A stretch of 64,000 nt of DNA from Bacillaceae bacterium. GTDB taxonomy: Bacteria > Bacillota > Bacilli > Bacillales > Bacillaceae_G. Each line of letters opens with the position of its first letter. Positions within the stretch are counted from its first letter, which is position 1. Of the stretch, positions 63,675 to 64,000 are shown piece by piece. The stretch is taken from positions 2,471 through 66,470 of the forward strand of contig JBJEFI010000060.1 of NCBI GenBank assembly GCA_051873875.1, read 5' to 3'. A program made the translations under genes and the position numbers. The notes under the pieces are model-generated. The model saw only the letters and a program-made list of their open reading frames with translations. It did not search any database and was not told where the DNA came from.

Positions 63675-64000
63675 TTGATTATTTTCTTTTTGAACTTTCT
63701 CTAATTGCTGTACTCGAGATTCATCTTCTTCAAAATATTGAACTAAATCGCCAATTCGATCAATGGACTCCCAACTTATATGATGCTCCATACCTTCTAC
63801 ATCATTATAAATTTTTGCTTCGTCCACACCGATAATTCGTAGGAATTTCTCAAGTAACTCATGACGGTATACTAATCGTTTCCCAACCTTTTTCCCCTTC
63901 GTTGTGAGAACAAGGCCACGATACTTTTCATATATCAAATATTGATCCTTATCTAATTTTTGAACCATTTTCGTTACAGAAGATGGATGGACATTTAGCG
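63672..64000 (-). CDS. mntR: Manganese transport regulator MntR (DtxR family), C-terminal part; the 5' end lies beyond the window end
   Basis: The frame stays open to the window edge (..[32 protein letters not shown]...). The track start at 63968 is an internal Met. Confidence 0.88.
   Translation of the reverse strand, partial: LNVHPSSVTKMVQKLDKDQYLIYEKYRGLVLTTKGKKVGKRLVYRHELLEKFLRIIGVDEAKIYNDVEGMEHHISWESIDRIGDLVQYFEEDESRVQQLEKVQKENNQ

Noticed and set aside
1-64000. Search by eye for CRISPR arrays, tRNA/rRNA genes, IS elements or transposases, integrases other than xerD, phage genes, inteins and long direct or inverted repeats
   Set aside because: None were found. Gene lengths match expectations for their families, so there are no insert-sized excesses. 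The only inverted repeats seen are terminator-sized hairpins.

Overview
This is an AT-rich chromosomal segment (by eye roughly mid-30s %GC, not computed) from an endospore-forming Bacillaceae. Gene order follows the Bacillus subtilis 168 yqk-yqj-yqi-yqh region as I remember it. It runs dacF', pdp-punA-deoB, xerD, fur, spoIIM, proI, rnz, yqjE/D/C-like genes, an actP pair, yqjA/yqjB-like genes and brxB. It continues with a methylmalonyl-CoA mutase operon, the bkd operon with bkdR, spo0A, spoIVB, recN, argR and dxs, then ispA, xseBA, folD, nusB, accBC, the eight-gene spoIIIA operon, efp, aroQ and mntR'. I support about 70 CDS, most on the minus strand, often with start codons revised from the ORF track using RBS spacing. 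I also call many rho-independent terminators and a few regulatory sites. I saw no rRNA, tRNA, CRISPR array, IS or transposase, prophage or recognisable defence system. Most of the window is ordinary core genome and I did not find a convincing novel multi-gene system. Six observations deserve a second look. (1) An exact sigma-54 promoter is followed by about 0.5 kb without an ORF where ptb normally sits. (2) mutA-mutB-meaB is inserted next to the bkd operon, with epimerase, carboxyltransferase and actP about 5 kb further along. (3) A small variable islet lies between the GDPD gene and spo0A; it holds two GNAT genes, an unlisted 48-aa ORF, an ORF frameshifted at an A5 run, and an orphan 86-aa protein. 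(4) spoIIIAD appears to need an ATT start codon. (5) An unlisted 31-aa membrane micro-ORF has a strong RBS. (6) A 13/15 CodY-box match lies in the divergent actP/permease intergenic region. All family assignments come from motif and synteny recognition by eye; no searches were run.
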